NCBI GenBank assembly: GCA_947630185.1
Contig: CANRGT010000009.1
Location: 4,996 to 68,995 of the forward strand
DNA from: an uncultured Clostridia bacterium
GTDB taxonomy: Bacteria; Bacillota; Clostridia; TANB77; CAG-508
Length of the DNA stretch: 64,000 nucleotides
Reading direction: 5' to 3'
The translations under genes were made by a program, and so were the position numbers. The notes under the pieces are model-generated. The model ran no database searches. It was not told the DNA's origin and saw only the letters and a program-made list of their open reading frames with translations. This document shows, in pieces, positions 1 through 8,554 of this stretch. Numbering within the stretch: position 1 is the first letter of the stretch; each line of letters opens with the position of its first letter.

Positions 1-573
1 TTCTTTTTCAATTTCGGCTGTAATTTTTTCTACTGGAACAGACTCACCTGTTAAAGATGCTTCTTGTGCTTTTAAATTTACTGCTTCAATTATTCTTAAA
101 TCTGCTGGTACATAATCACCTGTATCTAGCACCACTATATCTCCTGGTACTAAATCACGAGATGCTACAACTTCTATATTTCCATTTCTTATTACTTTTG
201 CTACATGTGAGCTTAACTTTTGCAAAGCCTCTAATGACTTTTCTGCTTTATTTTCTTGTGCTACTCCTATAATTGCATTTACTATTACAACAATTAAAAT
301 GATTATTGAATCTGTAATTCCTTCATTTTGAATATATCCTATAACACCTGAAATGATTGCTGCAAGAATTAAGATTATAATCATGAAATCTTTAAATTGC
401 TCTAAAAACTTTACAATTAAACTTTTTTTCTTTTTAGTTTCTAGCTCATTTATTCCATAAGCTTCTCTATTTTTTTCTACCTGTTCAGTTGTTAAGCCTT
501 GATTTTCGTCAAGTTCAAAATGTTCTTCTACTTCTTTAATTGTTTTATTAAACCAATTTTTTTCTTCGCTCAT
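1..573 (-). CDS. P-type cation-transporting ATPase (Ca2+/SERCA-PMCA-like), first 191 codons only; gene runs off the left edge
   Basis: Not in the ORF track because it is truncated. Reverse translation from ATG 573-571 gives MSEEKNWFNKTIKEVEEHFELDENQGLTTEQVEKNREAYGINELE...DLVPGDIVVLDTGDYVPADLRII...LTGESVPVEK. This is a Cation_ATPase_N region plus the TGES actuator motif. Confidence 0.85.
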   Translation of the reverse strand, partial: MSEEKNWFNKTIKEVEEHFELDENQGLTTEQVEKNREAYGINELETKKKKSLIVKFLEQFKDFMIIILILAAIISGVIGYIQNEGITDSIIILIVVIVNAIIGVAQENKAEKSLEALQKLSSHVAKVIRNGNIEVVASRDLVPGDIVVLDTGDYVPADLRIIEAVNLKAQEASLTGESVPVEKITAEIEKE

Positions 574-701
574 TTTTGTTTTCCCTTCTTTTTGAGTTTT
601 TTACTTTTTTATGTTTTTTTCTTTTTTACGTTTTCATATTTATTTTTGTGCTTTCTTTTTTGCGTTTTAACTTTTTAACATTTTCATAAATGTATAACAT
701 T

Positions 702-1268
702 TCATTTAGAATATTGCTTCAAATAATCTTCTATTGAAATATCTGACATTTTTTCAATAAATTCATCTAATTTATCAATAGGTATTATGTTATTTCCTTT
801 TTGACCTTCTATATGTTTTTTCTTTGCATTTTCTTTAATGTTTAAAGATATCTTTTCTAAAAGTTCTTTTGAAAACTTAATTTGATACTTTTTTTCCACA
901 TATGCATTGGTCAAACCATAACTTGTATATAAGTCTTTTAAAAACTGTTCATATGTTACACTTTCTAAATAATCTATTGGAAAAAATTCTGTAAAAAATA
1001 TTTTGTCTGTAAGTAAGTGTAAAAATACACCCTTTTCATAATCGGTTTTCACTTCATTTTCTTTCAAAAAATCTTCTATGCAAACTTTATTTTTAGATGA
1101 TTCTATTATAGATGCATTTGGTTTTGACGGTTTAGTATAGTGACTTTTAGTTTTATTTTCTGCAAAATCTGGTGCAATTATTCCCCATAAAAAGCTTTCT
1201 TTATCTTTTATTCCATGTTTTTCTATGTATCTATTTCCAATTGCTAAATGTATGTGAAATCCTGGCAT
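702..1268 (-). CDS. hypothetical protein, possibly a Zn-dependent phospholipase C-like or metal-dependent hydrolase
   Basis: 188-aa ORF beginning MPGFHIHLAIG... with His-rich N-terminal motifs. No firm family assignment from sequence alone. Confidence 0.4.
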   Translation of the reverse strand: MPGFHIHLAIGNRYIEKHGIKDKESFLWGIIAPDFAENKTKSHYTKPSKPNASIIESSKNKVCIEDFLKENEVKTDYEKGVFLHLLTDKIFFTEFFPIDYLESVTYEQFLKDLYTSYGLTNAYVEKKYQIKFSKELLEKISLNIKENAKKKHIEGQKGNNIIPIDKLDEFIEKMSDISIEDYLKQYSK

Positions 1269-1494
1269 GTTATTTTTCTCCTTCGTTTGTTTGAAATTTA
1301 TTTGGTTTATTACTTTTTTTGCTTAAAAAATTTACTATTTTTTAATATCTTATTTATTAAATTGTTCGTTCATATTATATTTTATTTTAATAAAAATATC
1401 AATAGTTTTAAGAGCATAAAAATAACCCTTTTAAAATTTGTATATCTTGCAATTTTACTTATTTTAAAAAGGTTTAATTCTTAAAATTATACTT

Positions 1495-2032
1495 TCAAAT
1501 TTTCTTTTTTACTACTTTTCCGGGCACACCTACAACTGTTACATTACTTGGTACATCTTTTAATATTACTGCATTAGCACCTATTTTTACATTATCACCA
1601 ACTGTAATGTTTCCAAGTATTTTTGCTCCACTACCTATAAATACATTGCTTCCAATTGTTGGATGTCTCTTTCCTTTTTGTTTTCCAGTCCCACCTAAAG
1701 TTACTCCATGAAACATTGTTACATTATCTCCTACTATTGCAGTTTCTCCTATTACTACTCCTGTTCCATGGTCTATAAATAAGCCTTTTCCTATTTTTGC
1801 ACCGTGGGTGTATTTCTATTCCTGTTTTTCTTTTTCCCTTTTCACTTATATATTTTGCTATTAAAAAATGATTTTTTCTATAAAAGTAATGTGATATTTT
1901 ATAGTATATTAGTGCTTTAAAACTTGGATACAGGAATACTTCAAATGTACTTTTAATTGCTGGATCGTTTTCTTTTATTGTTTTTATCTGTTCTTTTATA
2001 AATTGTATAAAAGCCATTATTAAAATTTTCAT
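1495..2032 (-). CDS. cysE: serine O-acetyltransferase, reading frame interrupted at zero-frame CGG (1804-1802); needs a +1 shift, otherwise a pseudogene
   Basis: ORF 1724..2032 carries the SATase N-terminal region up to ...TGIEIHP. ORF 1495..1716 carries the hexapeptide C-terminus. Reading CAC CCA [C] GGT GCA gives [46 protein letters not shown], the canonical SAT core. Confidence 0.85.
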
Positions 2033-2307
2033 CCTCTCTCTTATTTTCTTATCTATTTTATTGTTTATCTTATTTCTATCTTTGCTTTTATTTTCTTATA
2101 TATCAATTATTTCTATTTTACTCTATCTTTTTTATATCTTCTCTTTTATTTTATTCGTAGCACTGTTCTTTAGTTCCATAACTTTTGTTGACCCAATATG
2201 CCCTATCACAACTATCTCAAAAATGGGTGAAAATTTAGTCAAAAAAAAACACCATTAAGGCGCAATAGTATAAATATATTATTTTTTCAAAAATTTGTTC
2301 TGTTCGC

Positions 2308-2336
2308 TTGTATTTTATTTAATAATGTTGTATATT
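2308..2336 (+). promoter_or_regulatory. sigma-70-like promoter for the small-peptide transcript
   Basis: TTGTAT, 17-nt spacer, TATATT. The predicted start is next to CATAGGAAATG (about 2343). Confidence 0.45.
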
Positions 2337-2411
2337 GGTAAACATAGGAAATGATGATAAGCAGATGTGGTTTTGCCACCAATTATACGAATTATCGTAG
2401 GAGAGGTGGTG

Positions 2412-2531
2412 ATGTTTATGGTTAAAGTGATACTATTTTTTATAATATCCTTTATGTTATCTTTAACATTAAACGTTGCCTTGGCTACAGTTCTGTATAA
2501 GAACTGGGTTGATAAGCAACTACATAAATAA
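2412..2531 (+). CDS. 39-aa hydrophobic peptide, candidate type I toxin
   Basis: SD AGGAGAGG (2399-2406) lies 5 nt before the ATG. Peptide is MFMVKVILFFIISFMLSLTLNVALATVLYKNWVDKQLHK, one TM helix plus a polar/basic tail. Below the ORF-track length cutoff. Confidence 0.5.
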   Translation: MFMVKVILFFIISFMLSLTLNVALATVLYKNWVDKQLHK

Positions 2532-2620
2532 AAAAAGCTCACATCTGTAAATTTGACGATTTAGATGTGAGTTTTTATATCTATTTCGGCAAAACCACGT
2601 TTGTGGAATTGTCATTTCCT
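2530..2620 (-). ncRNA. about 90-nt sRNA convergent with the candidate toxin gene (candidate antitoxin; copy B of the AUAGGAAAUG module)
   Basis: Perfect promoter immediately upstream. Contains a CCACAAACGUGG hairpin and alternative pairing UAGAU/AUCUA, then a terminator with a U-run. Confidence 0.5.
2537..2576. terminator. bidirectional intrinsic terminator shared by the peptide mRNA (+) and the convergent sRNA (-)
   Basis: Stem CTCACATCT (2538-2546) pairs with AGATGTGAG (2563-2571). It is flanked by A7 upstream and T5 downstream. Confidence 0.65.
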
Positions 2621-2626
2621 ATATTT

Positions 2627-2655
2627 ATTATACTTGAGATTTAAAAAAATGTCAA
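2627..2655 (-). promoter_or_regulatory. consensus sigma-70 promoter for sRNA B
   Basis: On the minus strand: TTGACA (2655-2650), 17-nt spacer, TATAAT (2632-2627). Confidence 0.65.
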
Positions 2656-2732
2656 ATAAATTTTGGAGTGAAAGAATTATTTTTATCAAACTTCTAATAA
2701 TTTATAATCAATTTTAATTTTTATAATTATAT

Positions 2733-3365
2733 TTATCTTTCTTCTATGCTTTTTTCAGACAGTTTGACTCCTAATTCTCTAAGCTTTTTTCTTGTTTCAT
2801 CTGGATTAACGAAAGCTATTGTTGACATACCAAGTTTATCAGCTTCCTCTAATAAATTAGGTTTATCATCTATATAAACACAATTTTCTGCAGGATTAGA
2901 TGCTTCTTCTAAAGCTAATTGATAAATTTTAGGGTTTGGTTTACGAACTCCTACAATATGCGAAAAAACTCCAGATTCAAAGTATTGTAAAAAATGATAT
3001 TTTTCTTCTAGATAATCTATTCTTTCTTGAACATTATCAGATAAATATATTATTTCATATCCATTTTCTTTTAACTCTTTAATTATATCTACTGTTCCTT
3101 CAATTGGAACATACCCATTTAACCAAATTTGTGCCAATTCATCCATAGGAGCGCTAATTCCTAAAGTTTCTTTAGCTTGTCTCCAAAATTCCTCGTGAGA
3201 TATTTGATTTTCTCTATATGCAGTTCCTATCTTTCCTTTAAATACATCTGCTACAAGAACTGGATCTATATTCCATCTTTTACTTATTATATCTATTGCT
3301 CCTTTAGTTCCATCTGTAAAATAAACACCACCTAAATCAAAAATAACTGTTTTTATATCTTTCAT
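2733..3365 (-). CDS. HAD-superfamily hydrolase (subfamily IA-like)
   Basis: 210 aa with N-terminal VIFDLGGV (DxG/DxD motif I) and C-terminal YIDD motif. Confidence 0.75.
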   Translation of the reverse strand: MKDIKTVIFDLGGVYFTDGTKGAIDIISKRWNIDPVLVADVFKGKIGTAYRENQISHEEFWRQAKETLGISAPMDELAQIWLNGYVPIEGTVDIIKELKENGYEIIYLSDNVQERIDYLEEKYHFLQYFESGVFSHIVGVRKPNPKIYQLALEEASNPAENCVYIDDKPNLLEEADKLGMSTIAFVNPDETRKKLRELGVKLSEKSIEER

Positions 3366-3378
3366 AATATTTTTCTCC

Positions 3379-3978
3379 TTAACACCATTTTTTTATAAAC
3401 TCATTAATATTTTTAAAATCTTGTAATCTTTCTTTTATTTCTTCGTAAGACCAATCCCACCATTTTGATTTTTGTATTTTAGCTATTATTTCATCATCAA
3501 ATCTCTTTTTTATTGGTTTTGCTGGAACACCTACAACAACTGTATATGGTTCAACATCATGTGTGACTACTGCACCACTTCCCACAATTGCACCATCTCC
3601 TACTGTAACTCCAGGCATTATTATTGCATTGTGCCCAATCCAAACATCATTACCAATTATTACTTTATCTTTTCTTCGCCAGTCAAAAATACTTTCATCA
3701 TCTTCTTCAGCAAATCCAAATTGTTTTGAACGATATGTAAAATGATGCTGTGCAACTCTTGTATATGAAGGATGATTACTTGGATTAATTCTAGCACCCC
3801 ACGCAATTGATGTGAATTTACCAATTTCGGCATACATTATTTGATTATATCCATTGCAATATGAATAATCTCCGATTATAGATTCAGTTATTATACAATT
3901 ATCATTGATTTCTGTAAATTTTCCAATTTTTGAATCTTTTATAACGACATCTTTTCCTATTTTAGGTTCGACATTCAT
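3379..3978 (-). CDS. hexapeptide-repeat (LbH) acetyltransferase, xenobiotic/chloramphenicol acetyltransferase-like
   Basis: 199 aa. Contains [31 protein letters not shown] hexapeptide repeats. Confidence 0.7.
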   Translation of the reverse strand: MNVEPKIGKDVVIKDSKIGKFTEINDNCIITESIIGDYSYCNGYNQIMYAEIGKFTSIAWGARINPSNHPSYTRVAQHHFTYRSKQFGFAEEDDESIFDWRRKDKVIIGNDVWIGHNAIIMPGVTVGDGAIVGSGAVVTHDVEPYTVVVGVPAKPIKKRFDDEIIAKIQKSKWWDWSYEEIKERLQDFKNINEFIKKWC

Positions 3979-4090
3979 AGTAATCTACTCTCCTTTATTA
4001 CTTATATCTGCTAGAATTATACTAAGTTTTATTTTTTTAGTCAAGTTAGATGCATAAACATCATTATAGATTTAGGATGATTTTTTTGCA

Positions 4091-4126
4091 AAAGAAAAAA
4101 TCAACCAGTTTAATTCTGATTGATTT
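4091..4126 (-). terminator. intrinsic terminator after tRNA-Gly
   Basis: Minus strand AAUCAAUCAG-aauuaaa-CUGGUUGAUU followed by UUUUUCUUUU. Confidence 0.6.
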
Positions 4127-4166
4127 TGTATCTACTATTCTATAAAAGTTCGAACAGATTTATCAA

Positions 4167-4240
<74 letters not shown>

Positions 4241-4273
4241 AAGTATTTAGTTTTTTTGTTTGGAACAGATATA

Positions 4274-4302
4274 ATTATAAAGGCTATTCTCGTTTTTGTC
4301 AA
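4274..4302 (-). promoter_or_regulatory. consensus promoter for tRNA-Gly
   Basis: Minus strand TTGACA (4302-4297), 17-nt spacer, TATAAT (4279-4274), about 27 nt upstream of the mature tRNA 5' end. Confidence 0.6.
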
Positions 4303-4377
4303 TGTTTTTTGCGAATTTTTTTTAACTTTTTGCATATACCTTTAAAATAAACAAATAAAGGTTGGTTTTAAAAATAT

Positions 4378-5203
4378 ATGAACTTTTTATTAAATTATTG
4401 TAAAGGTATTTTAATTGGTGCTGGTGCTATTTTACCTGGTATTAGTAGTGGTGTATTTTGTGTGATTTTCGGCATCTACGAAAAATTAGTAAATAGTGTT
4501 TTAAATATATTTAAAGATTTTAAGAAAAATTTTATCTTTCTTTTGCCTTTTTTTCTTGGTGCACTTACTGGTATTTTTTTAGTTGGAAAATTGCTTAATT
4601 TTCTATTTACTTTTTATCCGATGCCAACTAAATTTTGTTTTATTGGTCTAATTATTGGTAGCATACCTGTTTTGTGTAAAAGAGCTAATAATTCTAAAGG
4701 TTTTCGCCTTCATTACCTTATATTTTTAGCTTTTGCTTTTTTGATTGGACTTTTATCTATTGGGCTTGAAAAGTTTTTATCACAATCGCTTAACATGACT
4801 CTAGTCAGTAGTAATTTAAATAATAACTTTTTGTATTTCATTTTATCTGGGTTTATTATGTCTGTTGGAATTGTTATTCCGGGCATCAGTAGTAGTGTTA
4901 TTTTAATGTGCCTAGGTGTATATTCTATTTATTTAAATGCTATTTCTAGTGTAAATATTGCAGTTTTATTTCCTATGGCAATTGGATTAGTTATTGGCTC
5001 TATTATTTTTTTAAAGGCTATCCAATTTTTATTTGCTAACTATTATTCACATACTTTTTATATGATTATTGGTTTTGTGTTAGGTTCAGTTTTGGTTATC
5101 TATCCTCGGATTCAGTTTTAATTTAGAAGGATTAATTTCACTTCTATTACTTGCTTTAGGCTTTTTTGTTGGATTAAAATTTGAAAACTTAGAAACTAAT
5201 TAA
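4378..5203 (+). CDS. DUF368 membrane protein (PopT-type polyprenyl-phosphate transporter family); frame interrupted at zero-frame CGG 5107-5109
   Basis: Contains two PGISS(G/S) motifs typical of DUF368. The zero frame stops 3 codons after CGG. The +1 frame (GGA at 5108) continues GFSFNLEGLISLLLLALGFFVGLKFENLETN, a final TM helix, to TAA at 5201-5203. Confidence 0.75.
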
Positions 5204-5279
5204 CTGTTAATGAAATTTAAAAGCTGAAATACTATGTTTTTTACTTGCAAAACTTAGTGTTTTCAGCTTTATATTAATA

Positions 5280-6635
5280 TTATTTCTTTCTTCTAAGTAT
5301 CCAACCTGCTTCTACCTTAATTGGCAAAGTCATTAAAATAGTTTGCCCTGCTTTCCCTGGATTTACTGTTGTAACTTCTTCATTTGTTTCTGAATCCCAT
5401 AAATGTTCTATTTTGAAGCTTACTGTTTCTATTTTTCCCGGTATTAATATTTCCATTTCATCGCCTACTGTCAACTTATTTCTAATTTCAATTATGTATT
5501 TTTTGTCTTGGCTTCCCTCATTTTCTTTTACTTTGATTTTTTCTTCATTGTTTAATTTATTATTTTTTTCTTCTAATGCTTCATTATTAGATAAATTTGT
5601 TTTCTCGTTTTTATTTTCTAAATTTGAATTGTCTAATACTTTTCCTCCAAATTCATAATCTGGGTTGTATTGTTTTCCTTCATATTCTTGGAAATCCTTA
5701 TTGTTCCTATCATTAAAGTAAAATGTTGTTAATCCTCTTGTTTTTGTTTTTTCTAGTTCTTTTAAATACTTACTTGCATCATATTCTTTTGGATTTTTCA
5801 TGTAATCATCTATTGCATTTCTGTATGCATTTACAACTGATGCTAGATAATATTCCGTTTTTAGTCTTCCTTCTATTTTTAAGCTATCTATTCCCATTTC
5901 TATAATTTCTGGAATTTCTTTTATTAAGCATAAGTCCTTAGAAGAAAAAATGTATGTGCCTTTTTCATCATATTCTACAGGCATTAAATTTCCTGGATTG
6001 TTATTTTCTTCTACATAAACATTATACGCCCATCTACAACTTTGTGCACAATCACCTAAATTTGCACTTCTACTTGCTAAAAAGTCACTTAAAAAGCATC
6101 TTCCAGAGTATCCGAAGCAAATTGCACCATGTACAAACATTTCTACTTCTAGATTTTTTTCTTTGTTTTTCATTATTTCTAATATTTGAGCTTTGCTTAA
6201 TTCTCTACCTAATATAACTCTACTTGCACCATTTTTATACCAAAAATTAGCAGAGTGGTAGCTTACAGTATTTGCTTGTGTGCTAACATGTATTGCTACA
6301 TCTGGTGCATACTTCTTTAAAACTTCTATTACGCCACCATCTGAAGCTATTATGGCATCTACTTTTAAGTCATTTAGCATAATTGCTTGTTTTTTTATTT
6401 CTTCATAATAGCTATCCCAAGCATAGATGTTTATTGTTGCATAAACTTTTTTTCCTATGCTATGTGCATATTTAATTGTTTTTGCTAAATCATCATTATT
6501 TACTTCTGCTCTACTTCTTAATGAAAGTGCACCTGTTCCACAATATACAGCATCTGCTCCGTATAAAAATGCTGTTTTTGCTTTTTCAAAAGAACCTGCT
6601 GGTGCTAATAGCTCTGGCTTTTTTAAATTTTCCAT
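5280..6635 (-). CDS. peptidase U32 family protein (TrhP/YrrO-like)
   Basis: 451 aa beginning MENLKKPELLAPAGSFEKAKTAFLYGADAVYCG..., with the Cys cluster CFGYSGRC...C..C typical of U32. Confidence 0.85.
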   Translation of the reverse strand: MENLKKPELLAPAGSFEKAKTAFLYGADAVYCGTGALSLRSRAEVNNDDLAKTIKYAHSIGKKVYATINIYAWDSYYEEIKKQAIMLNDLKVDAIIASDGGVIEVLKKYAPDVAIHVSTQANTVSYHSANFWYKNGASRVILGRELSKAQILEIMKNKEKNLEVEMFVHGAICFGYSGRCFLSDFLASRSANLGDCAQSCRWAYNVYVEENNNPGNLMPVEYDEKGTYIFSSKDLCLIKEIPEIIEMGIDSLKIEGRLKTEYYLASVVNAYRNAIDDYMKNPKEYDASKYLKELEKTKTRGLTTFYFNDRNNKDFQEYEGKQYNPDYEFGGKVLDNSNLENKNEKTNLSNNEALEEKNNKLNNEEKIKVKENEGSQDKKYIIEIRNKLTVGDEMEILIPGKIETVSFKIEHLWDSETNEEVTTVNPGKAGQTILMTLPIKVEAGWILRRKK

Positions 6636-6875
6636 CTACTAATTCTCCGTTTCTTTTATTTTAAGTTCTGTATTTCTAAGCTTACCTATTTTTATATTTT
6701 TAATTCCTTTTATACTTTTCTTTTAGTATTATTTGAAGGATTTTTAACTATATGCCTTTATATTAATTTATAATTTTCTGTCGAACTTTGTCAATATTCT
6801 ATTTTCAATTCTTATTTACTTTTTTATAAAAATTTGATATTATTAAGTATGTAGTTAGAGGTGATTTTATAATTT

Positions 6876-7415
6876 ATGGAGAAAAAGAAAATAAGGTTAA
6901 ATAAAACACAATTTTTAATTCTATATTTCTTTTTATTTTCATTTTTAGGTTGGCTACTTGAAACTATATTTTGTGTTTTTAAATTAGGTTACTTTACTAA
7001 GAGAGGTTTTTTATTTGGACCTATTTGTCCTATTTATGGCTTTGGCGGATTAATCCTAATTATGGTTTTATCAAAATATAAAAAAGATAATTTAAAATTA
7101 TTTATATATTCTGCATTTATTTTTTCTGCTTTTGAATACATTGTTAGTTACATTTTAGAAGCTATATTTTCTATGCATTGGTGGGATTATACAGGTGAAT
7201 TTTTAAATTTAAATGGTCGTATTGGGGCTTTTTATTTTCTTGCTTGGGGTGTTATAGCGATTGTTTTTATAAATCACATCTTCCCTTTTTTAAAAAAGAA
7301 AATAAATATACTTTTATCTAAAATACCTTATAAAGTTCAAGTGGCTATTTTACGTCTGTTATGTAGTATTGGCTCTATAGATACCATTGCATCTTTCATA
7401 AGATATAAATTATAG
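6876..7415 (+). CDS. multi-pass membrane protein, PF06541-like (putative ABC-transporter type IV / CmpB-like)
   Basis: 179 aa with 5-6 TM segments and the HWWDYTGEFLNLNGRI motif. Confidence 0.55.
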   Translation: MEKKKIRLNKTQFLILYFFLFSFLGWLLETIFCVFKLGYFTKRGFLFGPICPIYGFGGLILIMVLSKYKKDNLKLFIYSAFIFSAFEYIVSYILEAIFSMHWWDYTGEFLNLNGRIGAFYFLAWGVIAIVFINHIFPFLKKKINILLSKIPYKVQVAILRLLCSIGSIDTIASFIRYKL

Positions 7416-7425
7416 ATTCTATAAT

Positions 7426-8019
7426 TTATCTTTTTATTTTTCGTGAAATGCTAAGTCCATCTCCTACTTCTAAAATTTTAGTTTCTAAATTAGGATTTTC
7501 AGTAATTTCACTTATATATTCTCTTAAATTTCTTACTGCTGTACGTTGTTTATGTTTGTTATAATCACTCATTACATAGCCTTTATATAAAACATTATCT
7601 GCTATAATTAGTCCATTTTCATTTAACATTCTCATAGCTTCTTTTAAGAAAAATGGATATTTGCCTTTTGCAGCATCAATAAATACAACATCATATTTTT
7701 CATTAAAGTTTGGTAAAAGTTCTACTGCATCTCCCTCATATATGTTAATTTTATTTTCTGCTTCTGCCCTTTTTATATTTTCTTTTGCTTCTTTTACCCT
7801 CTCAACATCTCTTTCTATTGTATCTATTTTTCCATTTTCACTTAAATATTTAGAAAAGCAGATGGCAGAATAGCCAACTGCTGTTCCTATTTCTAGTATT
7901 TTATTTGGTTTTTGTTCTTGTAATAATTTTTGTACTACTTCTAATGTATCATCCATGATAATTGGAATTTTGTCTTCTAATGCTTTTTGTTTTATTTTTT
8001 GAAGTTCTTTTTCGTTCAT
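7426..8019 (-). CDS. class I SAM-dependent O-methyltransferase (family 3, YrrM/TrmR-like)
   Basis: 197 aa. Contains ILEIGTAVGYS (SAM motif I) and VFIDAAKGKY. Confidence 0.8.
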   Translation of the reverse strand: MNEKELQKIKQKALEDKIPIIMDDTLEVVQKLLQEQKPNKILEIGTAVGYSAICFSKYLSENGKIDTIERDVERVKEAKENIKRAEAENKINIYEGDAVELLPNFNEKYDVVFIDAAKGKYPFFLKEAMRMLNENGLIIADNVLYKGYVMSDYNKHKQRTAVRNLREYISEITENPNLETKILEVGDGLSISRKIKR

Positions 8020-8131
8020 TATTTTTATTCCTTTTAGGCTTTTTATTTTATTTTTATCAAACTTTTAATTTATTTATGTTCTTAATTTTTACTTTTTTTA
8101 TTTTAATAATCAATTCACATTTTTATGAATT

Positions 8132-8461
8132 TTATATATTGTTAAAATTACTTTCATTTTTAACTTTATTTTCTTTTATGCCCAAAACGTTATTAACCCA
8201 AGCTTCAAAATATTGCCTATATTTTAAATATTTAAAATCTCCATATTTTTCATTTAATTGCTCTAAAACTTCATCTTTAGATAATTTTTGTTCAAAACAC
8301 ATATTTCTAATAGTTTTTTGAATTTCTATTCTTATTTTTGTGTCTTCACTTGGATTTTTCTTTCTTTTTTCTTCTCTAGCATTAGATTGTGCTACTGCAG
8401 CCAAATTACTTGCATATCTTATGTTTCTAATCTCTCTAGATCTAATTTTTCTTGAATCCAT
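8132..8461 (-). CDS. hypothetical small basic protein
   Basis: The ORF is open to 8509, but AGGAGAA lies 8 nt before ATG 8461 (MDSRKIRSREI...). No recognisable family. Confidence 0.45.
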   Translation of the reverse strand: MDSRKIRSREIRNIRYASNLAAVAQSNAREEKRKKNPSEDTKIRIEIQKTIRNMCFEQKLSKDEVLEQLNEKYGDFKYLKYRQYFEAWVNNVLGIKENKVKNESNFNNI

Positions 8462-8554
8462 ATTATCACTTCTCCTATTCCTTTTATTAAATAATAAAAT
8501 ATTTTTCATATTATTAAATAATAAAGATACATATTTAATTAAAATAAGTAGTTT

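Noticed and set aside
2033-2340. T-box leader upstream of cysE
   Set aside because: I looked on the minus strand for the conserved T-box sequence (AAnnnGGGUGGUACCGCG), a specifier loop with UGC, and a terminator/antiterminator pair. Only a vague AAUUGGUGGCAAAACCAC was found, and that belongs to the inverted-repeat module described in the findings.
2315-2542. 75-aa minus-strand ORF in the ORF track
   Set aside because: It has no SD and a low-complexity composition. It lies antisense to a well-signalled 39-codon ORF and spans the sRNA terminator. It is most likely a chance ORF.
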